Source of the DNA: a virus
IMG/VR virus record: IMGVR_UViG_3300032893_000025
Span: 15,336-79,335 of that record
Length of the DNA: 64,000 nucleotides
Reading direction: 5' to 3' (one strand)
Shown here piece after piece: positions 30,050-40,812 of this stretch; the stretch's first letter is position 1, and each line of letters starts with the position of its first letter. The notes below the pieces were generated by a model, which ran no database searches, had not been told where the DNA came from, and worked only from the letters and a program-made list of their open reading frames with translations. The translations under genes and the position numbers were made by a program.

Positions 30050-32887
30050 TTAGAGTTGATATAATTCTAGTTGTGTAATAGTAGCAGTTCCTGTTCCATC
30101 TCCATCTGTATATCTGATATAAATATTAGTTACACTAGCACCCGCAGTAAACTCTACTGTTCCTGGAGAATCTAAAATATAAGTTCTATTTGAACCATCT
30201 GTATAAGAAACAGCTATCCTAACATCAATTCCAGAATTTTCTATCCAATTACCTATTAATCTATAACTTACTCCAGGAGTCAAAATAGTTTTCCTTGTTC
30301 CACCACTTGTTGATGATATACTTATATCATGTATACCTGTTGGTGTACAATTTACTTCTGTCCATGTAGCATCTGTTAAATCATACCCAGATAATAAATT
30401 TGATCCTAAAGAAACACTTGAGTCTCTTACTTCACCTCTATATATTCCAATAACAGCATTACCTGGAGAACTTCCACTTGATGCTCTTGGAGTAACTTCT
30501 GGTGCAATATAATGAAGACTATCTGCTGCTACTAATAAATAACTACTGGCAGTTGCTCCATTAATTACTATACTTCCTGATCCATTTATATCATTCGCTC
30601 TCATCCATCTAAAAGAAGTTCCACTTTGTGGATCATTTTCTGTATCTGAATATGTATAACTTGCTGTTAACGTTTGCCCAACTTTTAATGTTCCAGTAGA
30701 TGTAACATTCGATGCAATTGGAACATTATTTGACCCTGCTCTACTTCTAATCCATACTTTACCTCTATATGGAAGAATTGTATCTACAGTTACTATATCT
30801 CCCATTACATTATAATAAGAATAACCAGGTGTCTTTATATTAGATAAATATACAGGATTACTTGACCAATTGTAATACCAATGATACATACTATCTATTG
30901 TAGATAATCCTGTTTCTGAATAATCTATTTCATCAGTATATTCATTATCACTTGCCCATGTAGTTGCTCTCCAAGTAGATATATTATTGTAATCATCATA
31001 AGTATCTAAATGAATAAAATAAGTAGATTCATAGTTATCATTTGGTAAAAGATAATGGTTTCTATCAAATATTGTCCCATCCAAAGTAGAACTTAATGAA
31101 TACATTGGAAATATAGAAGTTGTTCCTCCAAGATATGGAGAAATCCATATATTATCTTGTACCTTAAAATTTCTTCCTCTACCAGATATATAAAAAGCAA
31201 TTCTATTAGTATTTAATGCAATATTATTTTTAACTGTAATGGTATCATTAAGATGTAAAAATAATCCTGCTCTACCTCCAAGAATTAAATTATTTTCTAT
31301 ATATGTATTTTCTGTGTAATTATCTCCATATATCCCATAGATTGCTTGATATGTATCTGATGGTCTATTCTTACCATTACCATTTGTATAAACATTACGC
31401 ATGTCTACAAAATTATTTCTTATAAAATTCTTATTCCAGGTATCTCCATGCCAATAAAAATCTGAATTTGTAACATGATATATTCCTCCATAATCACTTA
31501 ATAACCAAGTTGCATCAGACACATAGTTACTATCAACATAAGTAGCATTACTTCTAGTAAATACTATTCCTGCTGATCCAGTCTTATCTATTCTATTCCT
31601 ATAAATAAATGTAGAATCACACCCCTCATCAAATGTTGTAAACTCACTAACAACAGCTATTCCCCTACCTGTTGCGGACATAGAATATTGTCCAGGATGT
31701 GTATTTATATTGTTGATATAATTATCATGGAATCTCATTACATTAGAACGTCCTGTTCTAATACCTTCACTCAAACAGTAAGATATATTAGAATGACTTA
31801 CCTCTGAATAACTTGACCCTGCTGTAAAATAAACTCCACTTAAACAGTAGGATATATTGGAATTTTTAACTATGATGTTAGAAGAAGCATTTACATCTAT
31901 CCCATTTGCATTAGATAGTTTTATATCTAGTCCATCAAAAGTTAAATAACTACTACCATTACTTACAGATATTATGTTTTGGGTGTTGGGAATTTCTACA
32001 ATTGAATCATTTAAAGTTGTAGTAGAATAAATATATATTATATGATTTGTTCTATCATAACTCCATTCTCCTTGGTGATCTAAACAGTTTCTATGATTAC
32101 ATATTAAATAATAATGATTTGCTGTATTAGGATAGAACCCATTTGCTAAATTTGGACTCAATAAAAATACTCCAGTTGCCCCAATATAATCTGATACATG
32201 AGTTCGGTTGGAAGTCCAATCTTCACATCTTACCCAAACATCTGCCCCATTCCAATAATCATCTGCTTGTAATCTAGTATTATCTGCTATAGAATCATAA
32301 GGAGCAGTATAAGATATTGTAGATGTATACCACAATGAATCATTATCTGGTTCTCTACCTACTATTTTATTTTTACTATTTATTTGTAAAAACCATAAAT
32401 CTGAGTATGTTGGAGCAGAATGAGAATAAATATTATTACCTTCATTTGTCCAACTTCCTGTAATTGTATAACTATTTTTAATAATAGGTTTGTTTCCACT
32501 TCCATAAGAACCTATTACTATTGGATTAGATATAGTTCCATGAATATTAGAAAAAGATAAATACCCATTAAATGTATCATTTTTTTTAAAAGCTATAGTA
32601 TCTCCTGCTATAAAAGTACCTTTTGCAATTTCTGTGTTAACCTTATCTACAGTCTGCCAAGCAGTTGCAGGAGTCTTACCATTAGCATTATCATTTCCAG
32701 TAGCTGATATATAATAATCTGCATGAGAATACCCAGTTTGTGATTCTCGATTATAAGTAAGATTTAAACTCTTCTTAACTCCTTTATGATAATAATATTG
32801 ACGTACTCCTTTTAATTGAGGAATAGTCTGAGCTTGTACTAATAATACTACAAATAAAGTTATTATAGATAACAAATATTTCTTCAT
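30050..32887 (-). CDS. Signal-peptide-bearing right-handed beta-helix (pectate-lyase-like/tail-spike-like) protein with Ig-like and C-terminal beta domain
   Basis: MKKYLLSIITLFVVLLVQA|Q signal; YYIS.TGND.ANG..PA.AW.T motif; Asn-rich beta-helix repeats; P.ASNV..TG...VG.TLT.SY.Y.D Ig-like domain. Confidence 0.75.
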   Translation of the reverse strand: MKKYLLSIITLFVVLLVQAQTIPQLKGVRQYYYHKGVKKSLNLTYNRESQTGYSHADYYISATGNDNANGKTPATAWQTVDKVNTEIAKGTFIAGDTIAFKKNDTFNGYLSFSNIHGTISNPIVIGSYGSGNKPIIKNSYTITGSWTNEGNNIYSHSAPTYSDLWFLQINSKNKIVGREPDNDSLWYTSTISYTAPYDSIADNTRLQADDYWNGADVWVRCEDWTSNRTHVSDYIGATGVFLLSPNLANGFYPNTANHYYLICNHRNCLDHQGEWSYDRTNHIIYIYSTTTLNDSIVEIPNTQNIISVSNGSSYLTFDGLDIKLSNANGIDVNASSNIIVKNSNISYCLSGVYFTAGSSYSEVSHSNISYCLSEGIRTGRSNVMRFHDNYINNINTHPGQYSMSATGRGIAVVSEFTTFDEGCDSTFIYRNRIDKTGSAGIVFTRSNATYVDSNYVSDATWLLSDYGGIYHVTNSDFYWHGDTWNKNFIRNNFVDMRNVYTNGNGKNRPSDTYQAIYGIYGDNYTENTYIENNLILGGRAGLFLHLNDTITVKNNIALNTNRIAFYISGRGRNFKVQDNIWISPYLGGTTSIFPMYSLSSTLDGTIFDRNHYLLPNDNYESTYFIHLDTYDDYNNISTWRATTWASDNEYTDEIDYSETGLSTIDSMYHWYYNWSSNPVYLSNIKTPGYSYYNVMGDIVTVDTILPYRGKVWIRSRAGSNNVPIASNVTSTGTLKVGQTLTASYTYSDTENDPQSGTSFRWMRANDINGSGSIVINGATASSYLLVAADSLHYIAPEVTPRASSGSSPGNAVIGIYRGEVRDSSVSLGSNLLSGYDLTDATWTEVNCTPTGIHDISISSTSGGTRKTILTPGVSYRLIGNWIENSGIDVRIAVSYTDGSNRTYILDSPGTVEFTAGASVTNIYIRYTDGDGTGTATITQLELYQL

Positions 32888-32888
32888 A

Positions 32889-33458
32889 TTATTTTTCCCT
32901 TCTAATATCTACTATTATCAAAGTAACTAATAATACAAAGAATACTATTAGATCTACCTCTAATTTATTCACTTTACTCTCTAACCTAGCTATATATCTT
33001 TTATTAATTTCAGATGATGCCATTAAAGATTGTAATTGATAGGAAGGTCTTAAACCCGATAAGTTATAAGTATATTTAACTCCAGTTGTATCTTTGTAAT
33101 ACCATCTAATTTCTCCATTCACTGTATCAACTAAATATTTAGCAGCACTGCTAGGAATATCTGTAGATAGTCCAAATGTAGCTGTGGATAAACTATCTGC
33201 AATTACTGCACCAAATGTATTAAGTCCCAACCACTGTAAATGATTTTTTCTAAGTTTCATTAATCTAAGAGTATCAGTTATAGTAACTGGTTTATCAAAA
33301 GAAAATTTTACTTGGTTTGTATGAAATTTTACTGTATCTACGTCAATAAACATTTTAAATGTATCTGTCCCAATAATCATTCTAAATGGGACTTTCGTAA
33401 TTTGTGAAAAACAAACTGTTGATATAAATAATCCTAATAATATTAAAAGTTTTTTCAT
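32889..33458 (-). CDS. Signal-peptide protein with C-terminal coiled coil and TM anchor
   Basis: MKKLLILLGLFISTVCFS|Q signal; C-terminal RYIARLESKVNKLE coil followed by LIVFFVLLVTLIIV. Confidence 0.65.
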   Translation of the reverse strand: MKKLLILLGLFISTVCFSQITKVPFRMIIGTDTFKMFIDVDTVKFHTNQVKFSFDKPVTITDTLRLMKLRKNHLQWLGLNTFGAVIADSLSTATFGLSTDIPSSAAKYLVDTVNGEIRWYYKDTTGVKYTYNLSGLRPSYQLQSLMASSEINKRYIARLESKVNKLEVDLIVFFVLLVTLIIVDIRREK

Positions 33459-33461
33459 TTA

Positions 33462-36400
33462 TTATGATATTGGTATTTCAAATAATGTTGTATAAGTTCC
33501 ACTTACTCTAAATTGAAAATAAAAACCATTAGCATCTGCATAAGTTCTCCAATCCCCATCTGTATCACTCCCCATAGTTTGTCTATGATAATGATATTGT
33601 CCTCTTAGTGTTTCTTCTGATCCTGATGCAAATAAACTATATATTGAAGAACTATTATTTTGTACAGATAATAATTTAGATCCTGCTGTAGATAAGGTGG
33701 TTGTTGTATTAAATAAATTGGCTATAGCATTTGCTCCATCTACAACCACTGGATTTATTGCTGAAACAATATTTCCTGATCTTTTTATAGACAAAAATCC
33801 AGATGTCAATAATCCATAATCTCCAGATTTAGAACCACTATATACTCCAGATAAAAATACTCCATAACCATCTTTATCAAAAGATACTTTTTCACTTCCT
33901 TGATTTCTCCAAGATGATAATAATGCTCCTGTTGTAGTTAAATTATTATGTGTATCTAATATACATGCAACAGCACTTGCTCCATTCGCAACTCTCGGAT
34001 TAAAACTAATTCTTTCTGTTGTTCCGGCACTATAAGAAAATGCTTTACCAGATATAGTTCCAGATGTAGTTGGATTATCTAAAATATTGATTAAATTTCC
34101 AGTAGCATCGCCTGTTCCTGATAATAATCTCTCAACTAATAAAACATCATTTCCATTATTATTTGAACCTAAAGAACCAGATTGTTTTATATCTGCCCCT
34201 ATTCCACGTATAGTAGATAAATTTAATCCTGTACCCGTTGATGTACTTGTTACAGATAAACATGTTCCTGTAGTTGTATTTACTGTAATACCTGTACCTT
34301 GAACATTTACCCCAGTACTATATAAATATCCATTTAAATTTAATCTATTTGTTCCATCTGGATCAGTAGTTCCGGTATAAAAATTAATTCCCGATTGCTT
34401 AGATGCATAAGGAGTATATTTATTAGTATTCCAATCTAATATATCATCTGTAGGTAATGCAGCAGTTATATCTGAAGTTAAAGCTAAAGTTCCTGTAGCT
34501 GTAGGTAACGTTAAAGTAGGTGTTCCTGCTATAGATGGAACAACTATTATAGCTGTACCAGATGTTGCTCCTGCTAATGATAATGATCCTGATGATGTTC
34601 CTGCTGTCCCTATAGTTAAAGTAGCAGATGGAGTTAAATTATTTAATCCTAATTTCCCATTAATAGTTAATATCTGAGTTGAAGTAGTAGTATCCATTAC
34701 TCCATAGAGCAAAGCTTTACTTCTTTGATCTGATTCATTTGCCCTAAGAATACTATCTATAATTAATTTTCTATTTCCTGTTTCATAATAACCTGCCGCA
34801 AATCCTATAAATATAGAGTTATCTACTGTTGTTCCATTATATCCTGTTATATTACCAAGAAATACATTACTAGCACCATCATGTAAACTTTTACCAGAAT
34901 AATTTCCTAATAATAAATTATCATCTCCACCTACATTAGCTTCTCCAGCCTTATATCCTATCATTACATTATCTAATGTATTGATAGTATTATATCCAGC
35001 ATTTTTACCTATAAAAAGACATTGAGTGTTATCTCCAGAAAATCCAGCTTGATCCCCTAATATTGTATTATTTGATCCTAATGAAATATTAGTACCAGCC
35101 ATATTACCAACAATGGTATTACCTGTAAAATCTGTATCTGAGTTTATAGTAGTGGCTTCTCCTAATAATAAATTCTCTATACCAGTATTAAATCTTAAAG
35201 ATGAAGATATTCCTCCAACTGTTAAATTTGTTACAGCAAATAAATTAGTAACATGTAAATCTCCATCATAGTTTAATCTAATTGTTGCATCTGGGTTAGA
35301 TGTCCCTAAATAAAATTTACCATCACTTGCAACTCCACCAGCTTCAGTCTTACTACTATAAGGTCTGTAGTAAAAATTAGGAGTTCCATCCCATTTAAAT
35401 ACATTATCTGTAGGAGTTACTCCTGACCCTGAATTTGGAACCCATGATCTAACTCCACCAGTTGTAGATGATAATATATAACCACTTACACTAGGATTCC
35501 CTAATCCTGATTCTTTAGAATTCCATGAAGATACGTCTCCCGCATCAATACCTGTAACAGTAGAATATGCACTAAAATCTGATTTTTTAGCATTAATAGT
35601 TCCATCTATAAATGCTGAGAAGGATAAAGGACTTCCTGAATTTATAACAGTATCTTGTATGTATAGAATTCCTAAATCTGAAAATATCTTTTGATTTCCA
35701 TTTTCAAAATTAACTATTCCATAAGTAGTAGTAATCTCTCCATTTATATTTAATACTTTTCCAAGTGTGTCCCCATCTATTAAAGGAAATGTAGAATATG
35801 CCGTATCTATAATAATTCTACTGGAATTTGTAGTATCTACCCCTACCCCTATTAAAAGATTATTATCTTTATATCTTATATAATTGCTATCAAAATCATC
35901 TGCTACTATATGCCCGGTTATATCTAACTCAGCAGTAGGATTAGTATGATTACTAATATAGTTGGAATAATATATACCACCTGTTGTGGTAGTCCAATGA
36001 TTTGTAGCTCCAGCTATCAATGCAGCTAGAGTAGATGTATTAGATAAAGAATCTGTAAATACTAAATTCCCAGCAGTTTCTATTATTGTGGATCCAGTAC
36101 CTATATTTAGAGTATTAGATATAGTTAAGTTTACGGATGTTAAAATATTTAAAGTTGGGTCATAAGTTAAATCTGCATCTGATCCTAAAGAAGAACCTCC
36201 AGTTGTATATACTAAAGATCCTGTTCCAGAAGGTATTACAAATTGTTTATATGTTCCATCATTAGATAGGAAATATGTACCATCTCCAGAGTTTAGTATA
36301 GAATCTAATAAAGTTTTATTAGTATGAGTATGAGTATTGGTGTAGGCAGTATTCCAATTAGTTATATTAGTACTCGTTATTGTATAAGCAGCACTAATTT

Positions 36401-37118
36401 GAAATATAGGATCTGTTTCTGATAATAGATACCCAGCATCAGCATGATTCCCCCACCCATAAGCAGTATTCCAATGATTATAATCATCTAACACTATTGC
36501 ACTTGCTACAGAAGAATTAAATACTGGATCAACTTCTGCAATTAAATACCCAACTAAACTATGATCTCCCCAACTAAAAGCAGTATTCCAATTAGTAATA
36601 TCTGATGATAATATAGTATTTAAGGCTGTTAAATCAGTATGAGTATGTGAATTTCCTATAGTAGTACCTATAGAAGCATTTGTATATGAATATGTATCTA
36701 ATAATGCCTGATTAGCAAAAGTATGTATATCACTGGTTAATGCTAAAGTTCCTGCTGCATTTGGGATAGTAATATTTCTTGTAGCTGTTAAACTAGTTGA
36801 TAGATTAGCATAAAAACTGCCACTTCTTACTCTAACTGTATCTATATAAGCATCGGCAGTTCTTAAGGATGTAGTATTAGTTTCTCCCGAGACTCTCAGT
36901 CTCTCACTACCTACAAATGAAGTAGTACCTAAAGAAACCTTATCAGTTATTGTTGTAGGATAAATTTGTCCTGATACTATTCTTGTCCAAATACTATCAG
37001 TTATGGTAGAAGAACTTCCACCTTCTTGAGTTATACTAACAGGATTAGGTAAGTTTCCTACATTTACTAATCCTTCCTTAAGTAAATACGGATCTATAGG
37101 GCCACCTACTGTTATCAT
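33462..37118 (-). CDS. Tail fibre protein
   Basis: 1218 aa, Thr/Gly/Ser-rich; HTH and WNTA(Y/F).WG.H...E.DP repeats; N...G..AG beta-roll repeats. Confidence 0.8.
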   Translation of the reverse strand: MITVGGPIDPYLLKEGLVNVGNLPNPVSITQEGGSSSTITDSIWTRIVSGQIYPTTITDKVSLGTTSFVGSERLRVSGETNTTSLRTADAYIDTVRVRSGSFYANLSTSLTATRNITIPNAAGTLALTSDIHTFANQALLDTYSYTNASIGTTIGNSHTHTDLTALNTILSSDITNWNTAFSWGDHSLVGYLIAEVDPVFNSSVASAIVLDDYNHWNTAYGWGNHADAGYLLSETDPIFQISAAYTITSTNITNWNTAYTNTHTHTNKTLLDSILNSGDGTYFLSNDGTYKQFVIPSGTGSLVYTTGGSSLGSDADLTYDPTLNILTSVNLTISNTLNIGTGSTIIETAGNLVFTDSLSNTSTLAALIAGATNHWTTTTGGIYYSNYISNHTNPTAELDITGHIVADDFDSNYIRYKDNNLLIGVGVDTTNSSRIIIDTAYSTFPLIDGDTLGKVLNINGEITTTYGIVNFENGNQKIFSDLGILYIQDTVINSGSPLSFSAFIDGTINAKKSDFSAYSTVTGIDAGDVSSWNSKESGLGNPSVSGYILSSTTGGVRSWVPNSGSGVTPTDNVFKWDGTPNFYYRPYSSKTEAGGVASDGKFYLGTSNPDATIRLNYDGDLHVTNLFAVTNLTVGGISSSLRFNTGIENLLLGEATTINSDTDFTGNTIVGNMAGTNISLGSNNTILGDQAGFSGDNTQCLFIGKNAGYNTINTLDNVMIGYKAGEANVGGDDNLLLGNYSGKSLHDGASNVFLGNITGYNGTTVDNSIFIGFAAGYYETGNRKLIIDSILRANESDQRSKALLYGVMDTTTSTQILTINGKLGLNNLTPSATLTIGTAGTSSGSLSLAGATSGTAIIVVPSIAGTPTLTLPTATGTLALTSDITAALPTDDILDWNTNKYTPYASKQSGINFYTGTTDPDGTNRLNLNGYLYSTGVNVQGTGITVNTTTGTCLSVTSTSTGTGLNLSTIRGIGADIKQSGSLGSNNNGNDVLLVERLLSGTGDATGNLINILDNPTTSGTISGKAFSYSAGTTERISFNPRVANGASAVACILDTHNNLTTTGALLSSWRNQGSEKVSFDKDGYGVFLSGVYSGSKSGDYGLLTSGFLSIKRSGNIVSAINPVVVDGANAIANLFNTTTTLSTAGSKLLSVQNNSSSIYSLFASGSEETLRGQYHYHRQTMGSDTDGDWRTYADANGFYFQFRVSGTYTTLFEIPIS

Positions 37119-37119
37119 A

Positions 37120-37302
37120 TTATTCGTTTATTATTATAATGCCTGTACTTATTAAATCTATATTTCCATCATTACTAAAAGTAGTTCCTACTTCTGTTAC
37201 ATCTCCTTGAATACTTATTGTATTTATACTATACTGACTTTGAGATATATTTTCAAGTATAACGGGATCTTCTAATTTATTACCATTTAATACAGTTATC
37301 AT
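37120..37302 (-). CDS. Small putative tail protein
   Basis: 60 aa; N-terminus (MITV..G...DP..L) resembles that of the adjacent tail fibre. Confidence 0.5.
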   Translation of the reverse strand: MITVLNGNKLEDPVILENISQSQYSINTISIQGDVTEVGTTFSNDGNIDLISTGIIIINE

Positions 37303-37853
37303 ATTATGGTATTATCGTAAAAATTCTGCAATTTAAAGTTTTCTATAACTCCAAGAATGTTATCTACTCTTGTTAATTGCCCTACTGTAGCGGCGGACTG
37401 AACTCCAAATAATAAAACATCAAAAACTATATATTTTTCAACATCTTTATTATATTTGAAATCATTATTAGCTATATCTATAGGAAGATTATAAATTATC
37501 TGATACTTATAATACTTAGTGTTATAATCCAATAATACATTTGAATTGACTGGATCACTCGCAGGTGATGTAGTATAAGTAATTATTATATTATAAACAT
37601 CATCTGCAAATGGTTGAGTTGCCCCAAATCCACAATCAGATGATGGTATTGTCCATGTTAAATCTGTATAGGCAGCAGGTTGGGATATAGCATCATCAAC
37701 TACTGTATATACTGTTACTTCCCCTCTTCTTTGTATAGTAATCTTAGAGTGAGTTACTCCTGTATTAGAAGAATCCGCCCATTGTGTATAGTCTGTAACT
37801 ACTAAGTTAAGACCATCATCACTCTGATTAAGTTGTACTTTAATTGTTGCCAT
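37299..37853 (-). CDS. Putative tail hub protein
   Basis: 184 aa, beta domain plus C-terminal helices; located after the auxiliary capsid gene and before the fibres, as in crAss-like phages. Confidence 0.5.
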   Translation of the reverse strand: MATIKVQLNQSDDGLNLVVTDYTQWADSSNTGVTHSKITIQRRGEVTVYTVVDDAISQPAAYTDLTWTIPSSDCGFGATQPFADDVYNIIITYTTSPASDPVNSNVLLDYNTKYYKYQIIYNLPIDIANNDFKYNKDVEKYIVFDVLLFGVQSAATVGQLTRVDNILGVIENFKLQNFYDNTII

Positions 37854-38337
37854 AGTTTATATTTTTCCCAGCATCTACTAATCTTGTACTATCAGATTTT
37901 ATAGTAAAATCTATATAATTTAATGTGTTAATTTGATGTAATATATCTTCTATTACCTTTTGATTATTTTTAAAATCTTTAAATAAAAGTAGTTCATTCT
38001 CTAAGTGAGATGTATAACTAACTTTAAAGTTTTTCATTTGATAGGTTAAATTCTTTGTATCTTTAGAAATATTAGAAACAGAATCATCTAACTTATTTAA
38101 TCTGTTAAAAAATGTTTCAGCCAATTTATCTACCTTATCTATAATTATAGAATCACTAGATGTAGATTTCTTAGCTAAACTTTCCGCTATTTTTGCTCTA
38201 GTTACTATATTAGAAATAAATAAAGTTGCTGGAATAATAATTGCACATACACCAATAACTCCTCCTATTTTGCTCCAAGCCTTAGGAGTAAATATCTTTT
38301 TAAAAAAAGAAAAATCTGGATTAAAATTAATTAACAT
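37840..38337 (-). CDS. Membrane-anchored coiled-coil protein
   Basis: One N-terminal TM helix (IGGVIGVCAIIIPATLFI) followed by a coiled coil. Confidence 0.6.
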   Translation of the reverse strand: MLINFNPDFSFFKKIFTPKAWSKIGGVIGVCAIIIPATLFISNIVTRAKIAESLAKKSTSSDSIIIDKVDKLAETFFNRLNKLDDSVSNISKDTKNLTYQMKNFKVSYTSHLENELLLFKDFKNNQKVIEDILHQINTLNYIDFTIKSDSTRLVDAGKNINYGNN

Positions 38338-38344
38338 AACACTG

Positions 38345-38376
38345 TAAATTTACTAAACTATATAATTAAAACCAAA
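38345..38376 (-). promoter_or_regulatory. Bacteroidota sigmaA-type promoter (variant -7)
   Basis: TTTG-N20-TAAATTTA upstream of 38337, just after a terminator. Confidence 0.5.
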
Positions 38377-38420
38377 TTTAATTTCTATGAATATTTATCA
38401 GTATTACTCATAGATAATAT

Positions 38421-38448
38421 AAAAGAAAGGGGATAGGAGACCTACCCC
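38421..38448 (-). terminator. Intrinsic terminator after the auxiliary capsid gene
   Basis: GGGG(A)TAGG-AGA-CCTACCCC hairpin with TTTCTTTT tail on the minus strand. Confidence 0.7.
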
Positions 38449-38470
38449 CAATCTTGGTATTATTTCAGGA

Positions 38471-40105
38471 TTAAGAAACCCCAAATACAGTTTGCATTAC
38501 AGTATTATCATTTGTTGTAAGCAGAACGTCTATTGCAATATTTATAGTTATAAAACTATCACTTGCACCAACTAAAGGAGCAGTTGTTCTTTTTGCTCTT
38601 AAAGTTGTTAAAGCATATTGTTTACTTGAACTTGCTTCCTTGATATAGTTAGCAGGTGGATAAGCTTGGTGAGCAAAAGTCCTATTTTGGAACTGACTTA
38701 AGATTTCCATTTCAGCTACCTGTTTCCAAGTACCAGTACCAGCTTTAGCAGATTGTCCATCACCATAAGTTAATGTACTGTCAAAACCTAAATCATAAGT
38801 ATAACCAGTACCAGTGTAAGGGTTAATATATGTGCTATTAGTTAATTTAGGTTTAACATAGAATTTAACTAACTCATGTCTACCAGTAATAGCATCAAAA
38901 CTAACTGGAAGAGCTGAAAGTTTTAAACCCCAAATACCAGCAGTTGTAAAGGTTGTTACACCAGTATTAGTTGCTTCAGTTGTACCTTCATACAAATAAC
39001 CAGTTTCACCTTGGAACGGTTCATCTAAAGTAAATGTAGCAGCACTAGTTGTAGCAGTATCTACTAAATATTTAGTAGCTACAGATTCACCAGTTGCAAT
39101 AGTTACAGCAACGTTTGTCCATGTTGAATCATCAGCAGATGTTAAAACTAAAGGTGGTAAATAATACTTTTCTGGATTATATGTAATAGTTACAGTAGTA
39201 GTACCGGATGCAACAGCTTGAGTACCAGCATTAATAGCAGCTACAATAGCAGCACCATTAGCAGCAGCATCACCAGCATCAGCAACTAAATATAAAGTTT
39301 CTCCAATATAAATAGCTGTATGACCAGCACCAGAACCTAAAGCAGACGTACTAAATGTGAAACTTCTACCATTAGAAGTAGGAACATTAATAGCTGTTAA
39401 AGTTGTTGAAGCAGCTACAGTAGCTGTAGAAGCAGTAAAAGTACCTGTACCATCAGCAGTTACTGTATAAACAGAAACTGTAGTAGATCCTTTTGTATAT
39501 TTATATACAGTTGAACTTCCTGTAAAAGCAGCAGTGGATGTTCCACCTGAACCTGTTGCAATACGTTCTGTTCTAATTATAGCTTCAGGAACTCTACTAT
39601 CAAGATTTCTCTTAGCAGATTCAAATAAACCTTTAGCTACAGTTGCTTGTGTATCACTTGAGGTAGCCTGATAAGCCATACTCTTAATATAAGGAGAAGT
39701 ATATGTGTCTCCTAAACCACGTAAGAATTCAAGATCAAATACATAAGCTTTACCAGCAGTAATTGTACCTAATCCACCAATTGTACCAGCAGCATTAGCA
39801 CCTAAATAAGATACTTGTGTTACATCTTGTACAGCAGTTTGATATTCTTTGCTTACTAATTGTTCACCCCTAAATGTAGGAGAAAACATCAGTGTTCCAT
39901 CAGCTCTTCTTTGAACAATACGGATATTGCTAGTTAAATTATAACTACCTGATCCTACTGCATCAACAACTGATTCAGTTATAATAGTACCTTCTTCATC
40001 AATTACAGCTACTGCTCCCGCAGGAAGAGTTGCAATAGTGGTATTGGTACTTCTTGTTACGTTGCCTATAAATTGATATAGACTTGCATCATTAAATGTT
40101 GCCAT
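38471..40105 (-). CDS. Auxiliary capsid (decoration) protein
   Basis: 544 aa, Thr/Ala-rich; G.GTWKQVAEME motif; follows the ring genes and is followed by a terminator, as in crAss-like gene order. Confidence 0.7.
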   Translation of the reverse strand: MATFNDASLYQFIGNVTRSTNTTIATLPAGAVAVIDEEGTIITESVVDAVGSGSYNLTSNIRIVQRRADGTLMFSPTFRGEQLVSKEYQTAVQDVTQVSYLGANAAGTIGGLGTITAGKAYVFDLEFLRGLGDTYTSPYIKSMAYQATSSDTQATVAKGLFESAKRNLDSRVPEAIIRTERIATGSGGTSTAAFTGSSTVYKYTKGSTTVSVYTVTADGTGTFTASTATVAASTTLTAINVPTSNGRSFTFSTSALGSGAGHTAIYIGETLYLVADAGDAAANGAAIVAAINAGTQAVASGTTTVTITYNPEKYYLPPLVLTSADDSTWTNVAVTIATGESVATKYLVDTATTSAATFTLDEPFQGETGYLYEGTTEATNTGVTTFTTAGIWGLKLSALPVSFDAITGRHELVKFYVKPKLTNSTYINPYTGTGYTYDLGFDSTLTYGDGQSAKAGTGTWKQVAEMEILSQFQNRTFAHQAYPPANYIKEASSSKQYALTTLRAKRTTAPLVGASDSFITINIAIDVLLTTNDNTVMQTVFGVS

Positions 40106-40135
40106 TTTTAAAATATATTTAGTTAAACAATAGGG

Positions 40136-40810
40136 TTATTCCCCTTCTTTTATTAATTCACTTTGTTGTATACTTGAGTTAAGTTTATATGCTTTTTCTG
40201 TTAATAATACAGCAGTATCTATTACTTCATCATGTAAACTTAAATCTAATTCAGATGTGTTATTTGTAGCCAAACTAATTGCTGTAGGGTATTTTACATA
40301 ATATAAATAATAATATACTATAGAATACCCTGGTGGAATTATTAATTCATGTGCTTCAGCAGGTAATGCTGTTTCTCCTACACCATAATTCATTCTCCAT
40401 ACCATATCCTTATAAGGATTTTTAAATGGGTTTTTTTCATTTAAATTATAATGCGGGTCAGTTACAAATTTTACCCTTACCCTTCTAGGAGTAGTTCCAT
40501 CTGTAATTGTAATTTCTTCTACATCTACATATTTAAGATCTACTGGTAATTCAAAATAAGTACCATAATCTCTATTAGTATTTGTATTGTATCCTTCTGT
40601 AGCATCATATCTTTTGGCTTTCAACAATTTTGTTAAAAATGTCTTGGCTTTAGGATCTTTTTCAATTAGTTCAAAATATTTCTTCGTTACTAATTCCTGT
40701 GCTTGGTTTAAGAACAATTCTACTTCATTAGACGGAATATGTATTCCAGCTAATTTAGTGTGGTTCTTAATCCTATTTTCATAGTTATATTGCATTTCTA
40801 TAGCAGTCAT
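40136..40810 (-). CDS. Tail ring protein paralog 3
   Basis: MT..EM...; FLNQAQ; YVKYP..I..SEL..LH.E.ID.AV. Confidence 0.75.
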   Translation of the reverse strand: MTAIEMQYNYENRIKNHTKLAGIHIPSNEVELFLNQAQELVTKKYFELIEKDPKAKTFLTKLLKAKRYDATEGYNTNTNRDYGTYFELPVDLKYVDVEEITITDGTTPRRVRVKFVTDPHYNLNEKNPFKNPYKDMVWRMNYGVGETALPAEAHELIIPPGYSIVYYYLYYVKYPTAISLATNNTSELDLSLHDEVIDTAVLLTEKAYKLNSSIQQSELIKEGE

Positions 40811-40812
40811 AA

